A stretch of 64,000 bases of DNA from Eledone cirrhosa (Eukaryota): assembly GCA_964016885.1 (NCBI GenBank), contig OZ024749.1:10230001-10294000 (forward strand), given 5' to 3'. The position numbers were made by a program, and so were the translations under genes. The notes below the pieces were generated by a model. It searched no databases. It was given only the letters and a program-made list of their open reading frames with translations, and was not told the origin of the DNA. Of this stretch, positions 12,001-27,000 are shown in pieces; the first letter of the stretch is position 1, and the number at the start of each line of letters is the position of its first letter.

Positions 12001-15000
12001 GTAGGGGTCATGGGAACAGGCTGGAATCAGTAGGGGTCTAATGGGGGTTAGTAAGGTAGGTGTCATGGGAACAGGTTGGAGTCAGTAAGGTGTCTACTGG
12101 GGGTTAGTAAGGTAGGGGTCATGGGAACAGGTTAGAGTCAGTAGGGTGTTTACTGGGGGTTAGTAAGGTAGGGGTCATGGGAACAGGTTGGAGTCAGTAA
12201 GGTGTCTACTAGGGGTTACTAAGGTAGGGGACATGGGAACAAGTTGGAGTCAGTAAGGTGTCTACTGGGGGTTAGTAAGGCAGGGGTCAGTAAGGTGTCT
12301 ACTGGGGGTTAGTAAGATAGAGGTCATGGGAACAGGTTAGAGTCATTAGGAGGTCTAATGGGGGTTAGTAAGGCAGTGGTCATGGGAACAGGTTGGAGTC
12401 AGTAAGGTGTCTACTGGGGGTTAGTAAGGTAGGGGTCATGGGAACAGGTTAGAGTCAGTAGGGTGTTTACTGGGGGTTAGTAAGGTAGGGGTCATGGGAA
12501 CAGGTTGGAGTCAGTAGGGGTCTAATGGGGATTAGTAAGGTAGGGGTCATGGGAACAGGTTAGAGTCATATAGAGGTCTAATGGGGGTTAGTAAGGCAGG
12601 GGTCATGGGAACAGGTTGGAGTCAGTAGGGGTCTAATGGGGGTTAGTAAGGTAGGGGTCATGGGAACATGTTGGAGTCAGTAAGGTATCTACTGGGGGTT
12701 AGTAAGGTAGGGGTCATGGGAACAGGTTGGAGTCAGTAGGGTGTCTACTGGGGGTTAGTGAGGTAGGGGTCATGGGAACAGGTTACAGTCAGTGTGTCTA
12801 CTGGGGTTAGTAAGGCAGGGGTCAGTAAGGGGTCTACTGGGGGTTAGTAAGGTAGGGGTCATGGGAACAGGTTACAGTCAGTAAGGTGTCTACTGGGGGT
12901 TAGTAAGGTAGGGGTCATGGGAACAGGTTACAGTCTGTAGGGTGTCTACTGGGGGTTAGTAAGGTAGGGGTCATGGGAACAGGTTAGTCAGTAAGGTGTC
13001 TACTGGGGGTTAGTAAGGTAGGAGTCATGGGAACAGGTTACAGTCAGTAAGGTGTCTACTGGGGGTTAGTAAGGTAGGGGTCATGGGAACAGGTTACAGT
13101 CAGTAGGGGGTCTACTGGGGGTTAGTAAGGTAGGGGTCATGGGAACAGATTGGAGTCAGTAGGGTGTCTACTAGAGGTTACTAAGGTAGGGGACATGGGA
13201 ACAAGTTGGAGTAGGTAAGGTGTCTACTAGGGGTTACTAAGGTAGGGGACATGGGAACAAGTTGGAGTCAGTAAGGTGTCTACTGGGGTTTAGTAAGGCG
13301 GGGATCATGGGAACCGGTTGGAGTCAGTAAGGTGTCTACTGGGGGTTAGTAAGTCGGGGGTCATGGGAACAGGTTGGAGTCAGTAAGGTGTCTACTAGGG
13401 GTTACTAAGGTAGGGGTCATGGGAACAGGTTGGAGTCAGTAGGGTGTCTACTGGGGGTTAGTAAGGTAGGGATCATGGGACAGGTTAGTCAGTAAGGTGT
13501 CTACTGGGGGTTAGTAAGGTAGGGGTCATGGGAACAGGTTGGAGTCAGTAAAGTGCCTACTCGTGGTTAGTAAGGTAGGGGTCATGGGAACAGGTTGGAG
13601 TCAGTAGGGTGTCTACTGGGGGTTAGTAAGGCAGTGGTCATGGGAACAGGTTGGAGTCAGTAAGGTGTCTACTGGGGGTTAGTAAGGTAGGGGTCATGGG
13701 AACAGGTTGGAATCAGTAAGGTGTTTACTGGGGGTTAGTAAGGTAGGGGTCATGGGAACAGGTTGGAGTCAGTAGGGTGTCTACTGGGTGTTAGTAAGGT
13801 AGGGGTCATAGGAACAGGTTGGAGTCAGTAGGGTGTCTACTGGGTGTTAGTAAGGTAGGGGTCATGGGAACAGGTTAGTCAGTAAGGTGTCTACTGGGGG
13901 TTAGTAAGGCAGGGGTCAGTAGGGGGTCTACTGGGAGTTAGTAAGGTAGGGGTCATGGGAACAGGTTACAGTCAGTAAGGTGTCTACTGGGGGTTAGTAA
14001 GGTAGGGGTCATGGGAACAGATTAGAGTCAGTAGGGTGTCTACTGGGGGTTAGTAAGGTAGGGGTCATGGGAACAGGTTGGAGTCAGTAGGGGTCTACTA
14101 GGGGTTAGTAAGGTAGGGGTCATGGGAACAGGTTGGAGTCAGTAAGGTGTCTACTGGGGTTTAGTGAGGCAGGGGTCAGTAGGGCGTCTACTGGGGGTTA
14201 GTAAGGTAGGGGTCATGGGAACAGGTTACAGTCAGTAAGGTGTCTACTGGGGGTTAGTAAGGTAGGGGTCATGGGAACAGGTTAGAGTCAGTAGGGGTCT
14301 ACTAGAGGTTAGTAAGGTAGGGGTCATGGGAACAGGTTGGAGTCAGTAAGGTGTCTACTGGGGGTTAGTACGGTAGGGGTCATGGGAACAGGTTAGTCAG
14401 TAAGGTGTCTACTGGGGGTTAGTAAGGTAGGGGTCATGGGAACAGGTTAGAGTGATTATGAGGTCTAATGGGGGTTAGTAAGGCAGGGGTCATGGGAACA
14501 GGTTGGAGTCAGTAGGGGTCTAATGGGGGTTAGTAAGGTAGGGGTCATGGGAACAGGTTCGAGTCAGTAAGGTATCTACTGGGGGTTAGTAAGGTAGGGG
14601 TCATGGGAACAGGTTGGAGTCAGTAGGGTGTCTACTGGGGGTTAGTAAGGTAGGGGTCATGGGAACAGGTTGGAGTCAGTAAGGTGTCTACTGGGGGTTA
14701 GTAAGGTAGGGGTCATGGGAACAGGTTGGGGTCAGTAGGGTGTCTATTGGGGGTTAGTGAGGTAGGGGTCATGGGAAGAGGTTAGTCAGTAAGGTGTCTA
14801 CTGGGGGTTAGTAAGGCAGGGGTCAGTAGGGGGTCTACTGGGAGTTAGTAAGGTAGGGGTCATGGGAACAGGTTACAGTCAGTAAGGTGTCTACTGGGGG
14901 TTAGTAAGGTAGGGGTCATGGGAACAGGTTAGAGTCAGTAGGGTGTCTACTGGGGGTTAGTAAGGTAGCGGTCATGGGAACAGGTTGGAGTCAGTAGGGG

Positions 15001-18000
15001 TCTACTAGGGGTTAGTAAGGTAGGGGTCATGGGAACAGGTTGGAGTCAGTAAGGTGTCTACTGGGGTTTAGTGAGGCAGGGGTCAGTAGGGCGTCTACTG
15101 GGGGTTAGTAAGGTAGGGGTCATGGGAACAGGTTACAGTCAGTAAGGTGTCTACTGGGGGTTAGTAAGGTAGGGGTCATGGGAACAGGTTAGAGTCAGTA
15201 GGGGTCTACTAGGGGTTAGTAAGGTAGGGGTCATGGGAACAGGTTGGAGTCAGTAAGGTGTCTACTGGGGGTTAGTACGGTAGGGGTCATGGGAACAGGT
15301 TAGTCAGTAAGGTGTCTACTGGGGGTTAGTAAGGTAGGGGTCATGGGAACAGGTTAGAGTGATTATGAGGTCTAATGGGGGTTAGTAAGGCAGGGGTCAT
15401 GGGAACAGGTTGGAGTCAGTAGGGGTCTAATGGGGGTTAGTAAGGCGGGGGTCATGGGAACAGGTTCGAGTCAGTAAGGTATCTACTGGGGGTTAGTAAG
15501 GTAGGGGTCATGGGAACAGGTTGGAGTCAGTAGGGTGTCTACTGGGGGTTAGTAAGGTAGGGGTCATGGGAACAGGTTGGAGTCAGTAAGGTGTCTACTG
15601 GGGGTTAGTAAGGTAGGGGTCATGGGAACAGGTTGGAGTCAGTAGGGTGTCTATTGGGGGTTAGTGAGGTAGGGGTCATGGGAACAGGTTGGAGTCAGTA
15701 AGGTGTCTACTGGGGGTTAGTAAGGCAGGGGTCCGTAGGGGGTCTACTGGGGGTTAGTAAGGCAGTGGTCATGGGAACAGGTTGGAGTCAGTAAGGTGTC
15801 TACTGGGGGTTAGTAAGGTAGGGGTCATGGGAACAGGTTGGAGTCAGTAAGGTGTCTACTGGGGGTTAGTAAGATAGGGGTCATGGGAACAGGTTGGAGT
15901 CAGTAGGGTGTCTACTGGGGGTTAGTAAGGTAGGGATCATGGGAACAGGTTAGTCAGAAAGGTGTCTACTGGGGGTTAGTAAGGTAGGGGTCATGGGAAC
16001 ATGTTGGAGTCAGTAAGGTGTCTACTGGGGGTTAGTAAGGTAGGGGTCATGGGAACAAGTTGGATTCAGTAAGGTGTCTACTGGGGGTTAGTAAGGCAGT
16101 GGTCATGGGAACAGGTTAGTCAGAAAGGTGTCTACTGGGGGTTAATAAGGTAGGGGTCATGGGAACAAGTTGGAGTCAGTAAGGTGTCTACTGGGGGTTA
16201 GTAAGGCAGTGGTCATGGGAACAGGTTAGTCAGAAAGGTGTCTACTGGGGGTTAGTAAGGTAGGGGTCATGGGAACAAGTTGGAGTCAGTAAGGTGTCTA
16301 CTGGGGGTTAGTAAGGCAGGGGTCATGGGAACAAGTTGGATTCAGTAAGGTGTATACTGAGGGTTAGTAAGGTAGTGGTCATGTGAACAGGTTGGAGTCA
16401 GTAAGGTGTCTACTGGGGGTTACTAAGGTAGGGGTCATGGGAACAGGTTAGTCAGTAAGGCAGGGGTCATGGGAACAGGTTGGAATCAGTAAGGTGTCTA
16501 CTGGGGGTTAGTAAGGCAGGGGTCAGTAGGGGGTCTACTGGGAGTTAGTAAGGTAGGTGTCATGGGAACAGGTTGGAGTCAATAGGGTGTCTACTGGGGG
16601 TTAGTAAGGTAGGGGTCATGGGAACAGGTTAGCGTCAGTAGGGTGTCTACTGGGGGTTAGTAAGGTAGGGGTCATGGGAACAGGTTGGAGTCAGTAGGGG
16701 TCTAATGGGGGTTAGTAAGGTAGGGGTCATGGGAACAGGTTGGAGTCAGTAAGGTGTCTACTGGGGGTTAGTAAGGTAGGGTTCATGGGAACAGGTTAGA
16801 GTCAGTAGGGTGTTTACTGGGGGTTAGTAAGGTAGGGGTCATGGGAACAGGTTGGACTCAGTAGGGGTCTAATGGCGGTTAGTAAGGTAGGGGTCATGGG
16901 AACAGGTTAGAGTCATTAGGAGGTCTAATGGGGGTTAGTAAGGCAGGGGTCATGGGAACAGGTTGGAGTCAGTAGGGGTCTAATGGGGGTTAGTAAGGTA
17001 GGGGTCATGGGAACAGGTTAGAGTCATTAGGAGGTCTAATGGGGGTTAGTAAGGCAGGGGTCATGGGAACAGGTTGGAGTCAGTAGGGGTCTAATGGGGG
17101 TTAGTAAGGTAGGGGTCATGGGAACAGGTTGGAGTCAGTAAGGTATCTACTGGGGGTTAGTAAGGTAGGGGTCATGGGAACAGGTTGGAGTCAGTAGGGT
17201 GTCTACTGGGGGTGAGTAAGGCAGGGGTCATGGGAACAGGTTGGAGTCGGTAAGGTGTCTACTGGGGGTTACTAAGTTAGGGGTCATGGGAACAGGTTGG
17301 AGTCAGTAATGTGTCTACTGGGGGTTAGTAAGGCAGGGGTCAGTTGAGGTCTACTGGGGGTTAGTAAGGTAGGGGTCATGGGAACAGGTTACAGTCTGTA
17401 GGGTGTCTACTGGGGGTTAGTAAGGCAGTGGTCATGGGAGCAGGTTGGAGCCAGTAAGGTGTCTACTGGGGGTTAGTAAGGCGGAGGTCATGGGAACAGA
17501 TTGGAGTCAGTAAAGTGTCTACTGGGGGTTAGTGAGGTAGGGGTCATGGGAACAGGTTGGAGTCAGTCTGGTGTCTACTGGGGGTTAGTAAGGTAGGGGT
17601 CATGGGAACAGGTTGGAGTCAGTAAGGTGTCTACTAGGGGTTACTAAGGTAGGGGACATGGGAACAAGTTGGAGTCAGTAAGGTGTCTACTGGGGGTTAG
17701 CAAGGCAGGGGTCAGTAGGGGGTCTACTGGGGGTTAGTAAGGTAGGGGTCATGGGAACGGGTTACAGTCAGTAAGGTGTCTACTGGGGGTTAGTAAGGTA
17801 GAAGTCATGGGAACAGGTTAGTCATTAGGAGGTCTAATGGGGTTAGTAAGGCAGTGGTCATGGGAACAGGTTGGAGTCAGTAAGGTGTCTATTGGGGGTT
17901 AGTAAGGTAGGGGTCATGGGAACAGGTTGGAGTCAGTAGAGTGTCTACTGGGGGTTAGTAAGGTAGGGATCATGGGAACAGGTTAGTCAGTAAGGTGTCT

Positions 18001-21000
18001 ACTGGGGGTTAGTAAGGTAGGGGTCATGGGAACAGGTTGGAGTCAGTAAAGTGCCTACTCGGGGTTAGTAAGGTAGGGGTCATGGGAACAGGTTACAGTC
18101 TGTAGGGTGTCTACTGGGGGTTAGTAAGGCAGTGGTCATGGGAACAGGTTGGAGTCAGTAAGGTGTCTACTGGGGGTTAGTAAGGTAGGGGTCATGGGAA
18201 CAGGTTGGAGTCAGTAAGGTGTCTACTGGGGGTTAGTAAGATAGGGGTCATGGGAACAGGTTGGAGTCAGTAGGGTGTCTACTGGGGGTTAGTAAGGTAG
18301 GGATCATGGGAACAGGTTAGTCAGAAAGGTGTCTACTGGGGGTTAGTAAGGTAGGGGTCATGGGAACATGTTGGAGTCAGTAAGGTGTCTACTGGGGGTT
18401 AGTAAGGTAGGGGTCATGGGAACAAGTTGGATTCAGTAAGGTGTCTACTGGGGGTTAGTAAGGCAGTGGTCATGGGAACAGGTTAGTCAGAAAGGTGTCT
18501 ACTGGGGGTTAATAAGGTAGGGGTCATGGGAACAAGTTGGAGTCAGTAAGGTGTCTACTGGGGGTTAGTAAGGCAGTGGTCATGGGAACAGGTTAGTCAG
18601 AAAGGTGTCTACTGGGGGTTAGTAAGGTAGGGGTCATGGGAACAAGTTGGAGTCAGTAAGGTGTCTACTGGGGGTTAGTAAGGCAGGGGTCATGGGAACA
18701 AGTTGGATTCAGTAAGGTGTATACTGAGGGTTAGTAAGGTAGTGGTCATGTGAACAGGTTGGAGTCAGTAAGGTGTCTACTGGGGGTTACTAAGGTAGGG
18801 GTCATGGGAACAGGTTAGTCAGTAAGGCAGGGGTCATGGGAACAGGTTGGAATCAGTAAGGTGTCTACTGGGGGTTAGTAAGGCAGGGGTCAGTAGGGGG
18901 TCTACTGGGAGTTAGTAAGGTAGGTGTCATGGGAACAGGTTGGAGTCAATAGGGTGTCTACTGGGGGTTAGTAAGGTAGGGGTCATGGGAACAGGTTAGC
19001 GTCAGTAGGGTGTCTACTGGGGGTTAGTAAGGTAGGGGTCATGGGAACAGGTTGGAGTCAGTAGGGGTCTAATGGGGGTTAGTAAGGTAGGGGTCATGGG
19101 AACAGGTTGGAGTCAGTAAGGTGTCTACTGGGGGTTAGTAAGGTAGGGTTCATGGGAACAGGTTAGAGTCAGTAGGGTGTTTACTGGGGGTTAGTAAGGT
19201 AGGGGTCATGGGAACAGGTTGGACTCAGTAGGGGTCTAATGGCGGTTAGTAAGGTAGGGGTCATGGGAACAGGTTAGAGTCATTAGGAGGTCTAATGGGG
19301 GTTAGTAAGGCAGGGGTCATGGGAACAGGTTGGAGTCAGTAGGGGTCTAATGGGGGTTAGTAAGGTAGGGGTCATGGGAACAGGTTAGAGTCATTAGGAG
19401 GTCTAATGGGGGTTAGTAAGACAGGGGTCATGGGAACAGGTTGGAGTCAGTAGGGGTCTAATGGGGGTTAGTAAGGTAGGGGTCATGGGAACAGGTTGGA
19501 GTCAGTAAGGTATCTACTGGGGGTTAATAAGGTAGGGGTCATGGGAACAGGTTGGAGTCAGTAGGGTGTCTACTGGGGGTGAGTAAGGCAGGGGTCATGG
19601 GAACAGGTTGGAGTCGGTAAGGTGTCTACTGGGGGTTACTAAGTTAGGGGTCATGGGAACAGGTTGGAGTCAGTAATGTGTCTACTGGGGGTTAGTAAGG
19701 CAGGGGTCAGTTGAGGTCTACTGGGGGTTAGTAAGGTAGGGGTCATGGGAACAGGTTACAGTCTGTAGGGTGTCTACTGGGGGTTAGTAAGGCAGTGGTC
19801 ATGGGAGCAGGTTGGAGCCAGTAAGGTGTCTACTGGGGGTTAGTAAGGCGGAGGTCATGGGAACAGATTGGAGTCAGTAAAGTGTCTACTGGGGGTTAGT
19901 GAGGTAGGGGTCATGGGAACAGGTTGGAGTCAGTCTGGTGTCTACTGGGGGTTAGTAAGGTAGGGGTCATGGGAACAGGTTGGAGTCAGTAAGGTGTCTA
20001 CTAGGGGTTACTAAGGTAGGGGACATGGGAACAAGTTGGAGTCAGTAAGGTGTCTACTGGGGGTTAGCAAGGCAGGGGTCAGTAGGGGGTCTACTGGGGG
20101 TTAGTAAGGTAGGGGTCATGGGAACGGGTTACAGTCAGTAAGGTGTCTACTGGGGGTTAGTAAGGTAGAAGTCATGGGAACAGGTTAGTCATTAGGAGGT
20201 CTAATGGGGTTAGTAAGGCAGTGGTCATGGGAACAGGTTGGAGTCAGTAAGGTGTCTATTGGGGGTTAGTAAGGTAGGGGTCATGGGAACAGGTTGGAGT
20301 CAGTAGAGTGTCTACTGGGGGTTAGTAAGGTAGGGATCATGGGAACAGGTTAGTCAGTAAGGTGTCTACTGGGGGTTAGTAAGGTAGGGGTCATGGGAAC
20401 AGGTTGGAGTCAGTAAAGTGCCTACTCGGGGTTAGTAAGGTAGGGGTCATGGGAACAGGTTACAGTCTGTAGGGTGTCTACTGGGGGTTAGTAAGGCAGT
20501 GGTCATGGGAACAGGTTGGAGTCAGTAAGGTGTCTACTGGGGGTTAGTAAGGTAGGGGTCATGGGAACAGGTTGGAATCAGTAAGGTGCCTACTGGGGGT
20601 TACTAAGGTAGGGGTCATGGGAACAGGTTGGAATCAGTAAGGTGTCTACTGGGGGTTAGTAAGGTAGGGGTCATGGGAACAGGTTGGAGTCAGTAAGGCG
20701 TCTACTGGGGGTTAGTAAGGTAGGGGTTCATGGGAACAGGTTGGAGTCAGTAGGGTGTCTACTGGGGGTTAGTGAGGTAGGGGTCATGGGAACAGGTTAC
20801 AGTCAGTAGTGTGTCTACTGGGGTTAGTAAGGCAGGGGTCAGTAAGGGGTCTACTGGGGGTTAGTAAGGTAGGGGTCATGGGAACAGGTTACAGTCAGTA
20901 AGGTGTCTACTGGGGGTTAGTAAGGTAGGGGTCATGGGAACAGGTTACAGTCTGTAGGGTGTCTACTGGGGGTTAGTAAGGTAGGGGTCATGGGAACAGG

Positions 21001-24000
21001 TTAGTCAGTAAGGTGTCTACTGGGGGTTAGTAAGGTAGGGGTCATGGGAACAGGTTACAGTCAGTAAGGTGTCTACTGGGGGTTAGTAAGGTAGGGGTCA
21101 TGGGAACAGGTTACAGTCTGTAGGGTGTCTACTGGGGGTTAGTAAGGTAGGGGTCATGGGAACAGGTTAGTCAGTAAGGTGTCTACTGGGGGTTAGTAAG
21201 GCAGGGGTCATGGGAACAAGTTGGATTCAGTAAGGTGTATACTGAGCGTTAGTAAGGTAGTGGTCATGTGAACAGGTTGGAGTCAGTAAGGTGTCTACTG
21301 GGGGTTACTAAGGTAGGGGTCATGGGAACAGGTTGGAATCAGTAGGTTGTCTACTGGGCGTTAGTAAGGTAGGGGTCATGGGAACAGGTTAGTCAGTAAG
21401 GCAGGGGTCATGGGAACAGGTTGGAATCAGTAAGGTGTCTACTGGGGGTTAGTAAGGCAGGGGTCAGTAGGGGGTCTACTGGGAGTTAGTAAGGTAGGTG
21501 TCATGGGAACAGGTTGGAGTCAATAGGGTGTCTACTGGGGGTTAGTAAGGTAGGGGTCATGGGAACAGGTTAGCGTCAGTAGGGTGTCTACTGGGGGTTA
21601 GTAAGGTAGGGGTCATGGGAACAGGTTGGAGTCAGTAGGGGTCTAATGGGGGTTAGTAAGGTAGGGGTCATGGGAACAGGTTGGAGTCAGTAAGGTGTCT
21701 ACTGGGGGTTAGTAAGGTAGGGTTCATGGGAACAGGTTAGAGTCAGTAGGGTGTTTACTGGGGGTTAGTAAGGTAGGGGTCATGGGAACAGGTTGAACTC
21801 AGTAGGGGTCTAATGGGGGTTAGTAAGGTAGGGGTCATGGGAATAGGTTAAAGTCATTAGGAGGTCTAATGGGGATTAGTAAGGCAGGAGTCATGGGAAC
21901 AGGTTGGAGTCAGTAGGGGTCTAATGGGGGTTAGTAAGGTAGGGGTCATGGGAACAGGTTAGAGTCATTAGGAGGTCTAATGGGGGTTAGTAAGGCAGGG
22001 GTCATGGGAACAGGTTGGAGTCAGTAAGGTATCTACTGGGGGTTAGTAAGGTAGGGGTCATGGGAACAGGTTGGTGTCAGTAGGGTGTCTACTGGGGGTT
22101 AGTAAGGCAGGGGTCATGGGAACAGGTTGGAGTCGGTAAGATGTCTACTGGGGGTTACTAAGTTAGGGGTCATGGGAACAGGTTGGAGTCAGTAATGTGT
22201 CTACTGGGGGTTAGTAAGGCAGGGGTCAGTTGGGGTCTACTGGGGGTTAGTAAGGTAGGGGTCATGGGAACAGGTTACAGTCAGTAAGGTGTCTACTGGG
22301 GGTTAGTAAGGTAGGGGTCATGGGAACAGGTTACAGTCTGTAGGGTGTCTACTGGGGGTTAGTAAGGTAGGGGTCATGGGAACAGGTTGGAGTCAGTAAG
22401 GTGTCTACTAGGGGTTACTAAGGTAGGGGACATGGGAACAAGTTGGAGTCAGTAAGGTGTCTACTGGGGGTTAGCAAGGCAGGGGTCAGTAGGGGGTCTA
22501 CTGGGGTTAGTAAGGTAGGGGTCATGGGAACGGGTTACAGTCAGTAAGGTGTCTACTGGGGGTTAGTAAGGTAGAAGTCATGGGAACAGGTTAGTCATTA
22601 GGAGGTCTAATGGGGTTAGTAAGGCAGTGGTCATGGGAACAGGTTGGAGTCAGTAAGGTGTCTACTGGGGGTTAGTAAGGTAGGGGTCATGGGAACAGGT
22701 TGGAGTCAGTAGGGTGTCTACTGGGGGTTAGTAAGGTAGGGATCATGGGAACAGGTTAGTCAGTAAGGTGTCTACTGGGGGTTAGTAAGGTAGGGGTCAT
22801 GGGAACAGGTTGGAGTCAGTAAGGTGTCTATTGGGGGTTAGTAAGGTAGGGGTCATGGGAACAGGTTGGAGTCAGTAAGGTGTCTACTGGGGGTTAGTAA
22901 GGTAGGGATCATGGGAAAAGGTTAGTCAGTAAGGTGTCTACTGGGGGTTAGTAAGGTAGGGGTCATGGGAACAGGTTGGAGTCAGTAAAGTACCTACTCG
23001 GGGTTAGTAAGGTAGGGGTCATGGGAACAGGTTGGAGTCAGTAGGGTGTCTACTGGGGGTTAGTAAGGCAGTGGTCATGGGAACAGGTTGGAGTCAGTAA
23101 GGTGTCTACTGGGGGTTAGTAAGGTAGGGGTCATGGGAACAGGTTGGAATCAGTAAGGTGCCTACTGGGGGTTACTAAGGTAGGGGTCATGGGAACAGGT
23201 TGGAATCAGTAAGGTGTCTACTGGGGGTTAGTAAGGTAGGGGTCATGGGAACAGGTTGGAGTCAGTAGGGTGTCTACTGGGGGTTAGTAAGGTAGGGGTC
23301 ATGGGAACAGGTTGGAGTCAGTAGGGTGTCTACTGGGGGTTAGTAAGGTAGGGGTCATGGGAACAGGTTGGAGTCAGTAGGGTGTCTACTGGGGGTTAGT
23401 GAGGTAGGGGTCATGGGAACAGGTTGGAGTCAGTAGGGTGTCTACTGGGGGTTAGTGAGGTAGGGGTCATGGGAACAGGTTACAGTCAGTAAGGTGTCTA
23501 CTGGGGGTTAGTAAGGCGGGGGTCATGGGAACAGGTTGGAGTCAGTAAAGTGCCTACTCGTGGTTAGTAAGGTAGGGGTCATGGGAACAGGTTGGAGTCA
23601 GTAGGGTGTCTACTGGGGGTTAGTAAGGCAGTGGTCATGGGAACAGGTTGGAGTCAGTAAGGTGTCTACTGGGGGTTAGTAAGGTAGGGGTCATGGGAAC
23701 AGGTTGGAATCAGTAAGGTGTCTACTGGGGGTTAGTAAGGTAGGGGTCATGGGAACAGGTTGGAGTCAGTAGGGTGTCTATTGGGGGTTAGTGAGGTAGG
23801 GGTCATGGGAACAGGTTGGATTCAGTAAGGTGTCTACTGGGGGTTACTAAGGTAGGGGTCATGGGAACAGGTTGGAGTCAGTAAGGTGTCTACTGGGGGT
23901 TACTAAGGTAGGGGTCATGGGAACAGGTTGGAGTCAGTAAGGTGTCTACTGGGGGTTACTAAGGTAGGGGTCATGGGAACAGGTTGGAGTCAGTAAGGTG

Positions 24001-27000
24001 TCTACTAGGGGTTACTACGGTAGGGGACATGGGAACAAGTTGGAGTCAGTAAGGTGTCTACTGGGTGTTAGTAAGGCAGGGGTCATGGGAACAGGTTACA
24101 GTCAGTAAGGTGTCTAATGGGAGTTAGTAAGGCAGTGGTCATGGGAACAGTTTGGAGTCAGTAAGGTGTCTACTGGGGGTTAGTAAGGTAGGGGTCATGG
24201 GAACAGGTTACAGTCTGTAGGGTGTCTACTGGGGGTTAGTAAGGCAGTGGTCATGGGAACAGGTTGGAGTCAGTAAGGTGTCTACTGGGGGTTAGTAAGG
24301 TAGGGGTCATGGGAACAGGTTGGAGTCAGTAAGGTATCTACTGGGGGTTAGTAAGGTAGGGGTCATGGGAACAGGTTGGAGTCAGTAGGGTGTCTACTGG
24401 GGGTTAGTGAGGTAGGGGTCATGGGAACAGGTTACAGTCAGTAGTGTGTCTACTGGGGTTAGTAAGGCAGGGTTCAGTAAGGGGTCTACTGGGGGTTAGT
24501 AAGGTAGGGGTCATGGGAACAGGTTACAGTCAGTAAGGTGTCTACTGGGGGTTAGTAAGGTAGGGGTCATGGGAACAGGTTACAGTCAGTAAGGTGTCTA
24601 CTGGGGGTTAATAAGGTAGGGGTCATGGGAACAGGTTACAGTCAGTAGGGGGTCTACTGGGGTTTAGTAAGGTAGGGGTCATGGGAACAGATTGGAGTCA
24701 GTAGGGTGTCTACTAGGGGTTACTAAGGTAGGGGACATGGGAACAAGTTGGAGTCAGTAAGGTGTCTACTAGGGGTTACTAAGATAGGGGACATGGGAAC
24801 AAGTTGGAGTCAGTAAGGTGTCTACTGGGGGTTAGTAAGGCGGGGGTCATGGGAACAGGTTGGAGTCAGTAAGGTGTCTACTGGGGGTTAGCAAGGCGGG
24901 GGTCATGAGAACAGGTTGGAGTCAGTAAGGTGTCTACTAGGGGTTACTAAGGTAGGGGACATCGGAACAAGTTGGAGTCAGTAAGGTGTCTACTGGGGGT
25001 TAGTAAGGTAGGGATCATGGGACAGGTTAGTCAGTAAGGTGTCTACTGGGGGTTAGTAAGGTAGGGGTCATGGGAACAGGTTGGAGTCAGTAAAGTGCCT
25101 ACTCGTGGTTAGTAAGGTAGGGGTCATGGGAACAGGTTGGAGTCAGTAGGGTGTCTACTGGGGGTTCGTAAGGTAGGGGTCATGGGAACAGGTTGGAGTC
25201 AGTAAGGTGTCTACTGGGGGTTCGTAAGGTAGGGGTCATGGGAACAGGTTGGAATCAGTAAGGTGTCTACTGGGGGTTACTAAGGTAGGGGTCATGGGAA
25301 CAGGTTGGAATCAGTAAGGTGTCTACTGGGGGTTAGTAAGGTAGGGGTCATGGGAACAGGTTGGAGTCAGTAGGGTGTCTACTGGGTGTTAGTAAGGTAG
25401 GGGTCATGGGAACAGGTTAGTCAGTAAGGTGTCTACTGGGGGTTAGTAAGGCAGGGGTCAGTAGGGGGTCTACTGGGAGTTAGTAAGGTAGGTGTCATGG
25501 GAATAGGTTGGTGTCAGTAGGGTGTCTACTGGGGGTTAGTAAGGTAGGGGTCATGGGAACAGGTTGGAGTCAGTAAGGTGTCTACTGGGGTTTAGTGAGG
25601 CAGGGGTCAGTAGGGCGTCTACTGGGGGTTAGTAAGGTAGGGGTCATGGGAACAGGTTACAGTCAGTAAGGTGTCTACTGGGGGTTAGTAAGGTAGGGGT
25701 CATGGGAACAGGTTAGAGTCAGTAGGGTGTCTACTGGGGGTTAGTAAGGTAGGGGTCATGGGAACAGGTTGGAGTCAGTAGGGGTCTACTAGGGGTTAGT
25801 AAGGTAGGGGTCATGGGAACAGGTTGGAGTCAGTAAGGTGTCTACTGGGGGTTAGTACGGTAGGGGTCATGGGAACAGGTTAGTCAGTAAGGTGTCTACT
25901 GGGGGTTAGTAAGATAGAGGTCATGGGAACAGGTTAGAGTGATTATGAGGTCTAATGGGGGTTAGTAAGGCAGGGGTCATGGGAACAGGTTGGAGTCAGT
26001 AGGGGTCTAATGGGGTTTCGTAAGGTAGGGGTCATGGGAACAGGTTGGAGTCAGTAAGGTATCTACTGGGGGTTAGTAAGGTAGGGGTCATGGGAACAGG
26101 TTGGAGTCAGTAGGGTGTCTACTGGGGGTTAGTAAGGCAGGGGTCATGGGAACAGGTTGGAGTTGGTAAGGTGTCTACTGGGGGCTACTAAGTTAGGGGT
26201 CATGGGAACAGGTTGGAGTCAGTAAGGTGTCTACTGGGGGTTAGTAAGGTAGGGGTCATGGGAACAGGTTGGAGTCAGTAGGGTGTCTACTGGGGGTTAG
26301 TGAGGTAGGGGTCATGGGAACAGGTTGGAGTCAGTAAGGTGTCTACTGGGGGTTAGTAAGGTAGGGGTCATGGGAACAGGTTGGAGTCAGTAAGGTGTCT
26401 ACTAGGGGTTACTACGGTAGGGGACATGGGAACAAGTTGGAGTCAGTAAGGTGTCTACTGGGGGTTAGTAAGGCAGGGGTCATGGGAACAGGTTACAGTC
26501 AGTAAGGTGTCTACTGGGGGTTAGTAAGGTAGGGGTCATGGGAACAGGTTAGAGTCAGTAGGGTGTCTACTGGGGGTTAGTAAGGTAGGGGTCATGGGAA
26601 CAGGTTGGAGTCAGTAGGGGTCTACTAGGGGTTAGTAAGGTAGGGGTCATGGGAACAGGTTGGAGTCAGTAAGGTGTCTACTGGGGGTTAGTACGGTAGG
26701 GGTCATGGGAACAGGTTAGTCAGTAAGGTGTCTACTGGGGGTTAGTAAGGTAGGGGTCATGGGAACAGGTTAGAGTGATTATGAGGTCTAATGGGGGTTA
26801 GTAAGGCAGGGGTCATGGGAACAGGTTGGAGTCAGTAGGGGTCTAATGGGGGTTAGTAAGGTAGGGGTCATGGGAACAGGTTGGAGTCAGTAAGGTATCT
26901 ACTGGGGGTTAGTAAGGTAGGGGTCATGGGAACAGGTTGGAGTCAGTAGGGTGTCTACTGGGGGTTAGTAAGGCAGGGGTCATGGGAACAGGTTGGAGTC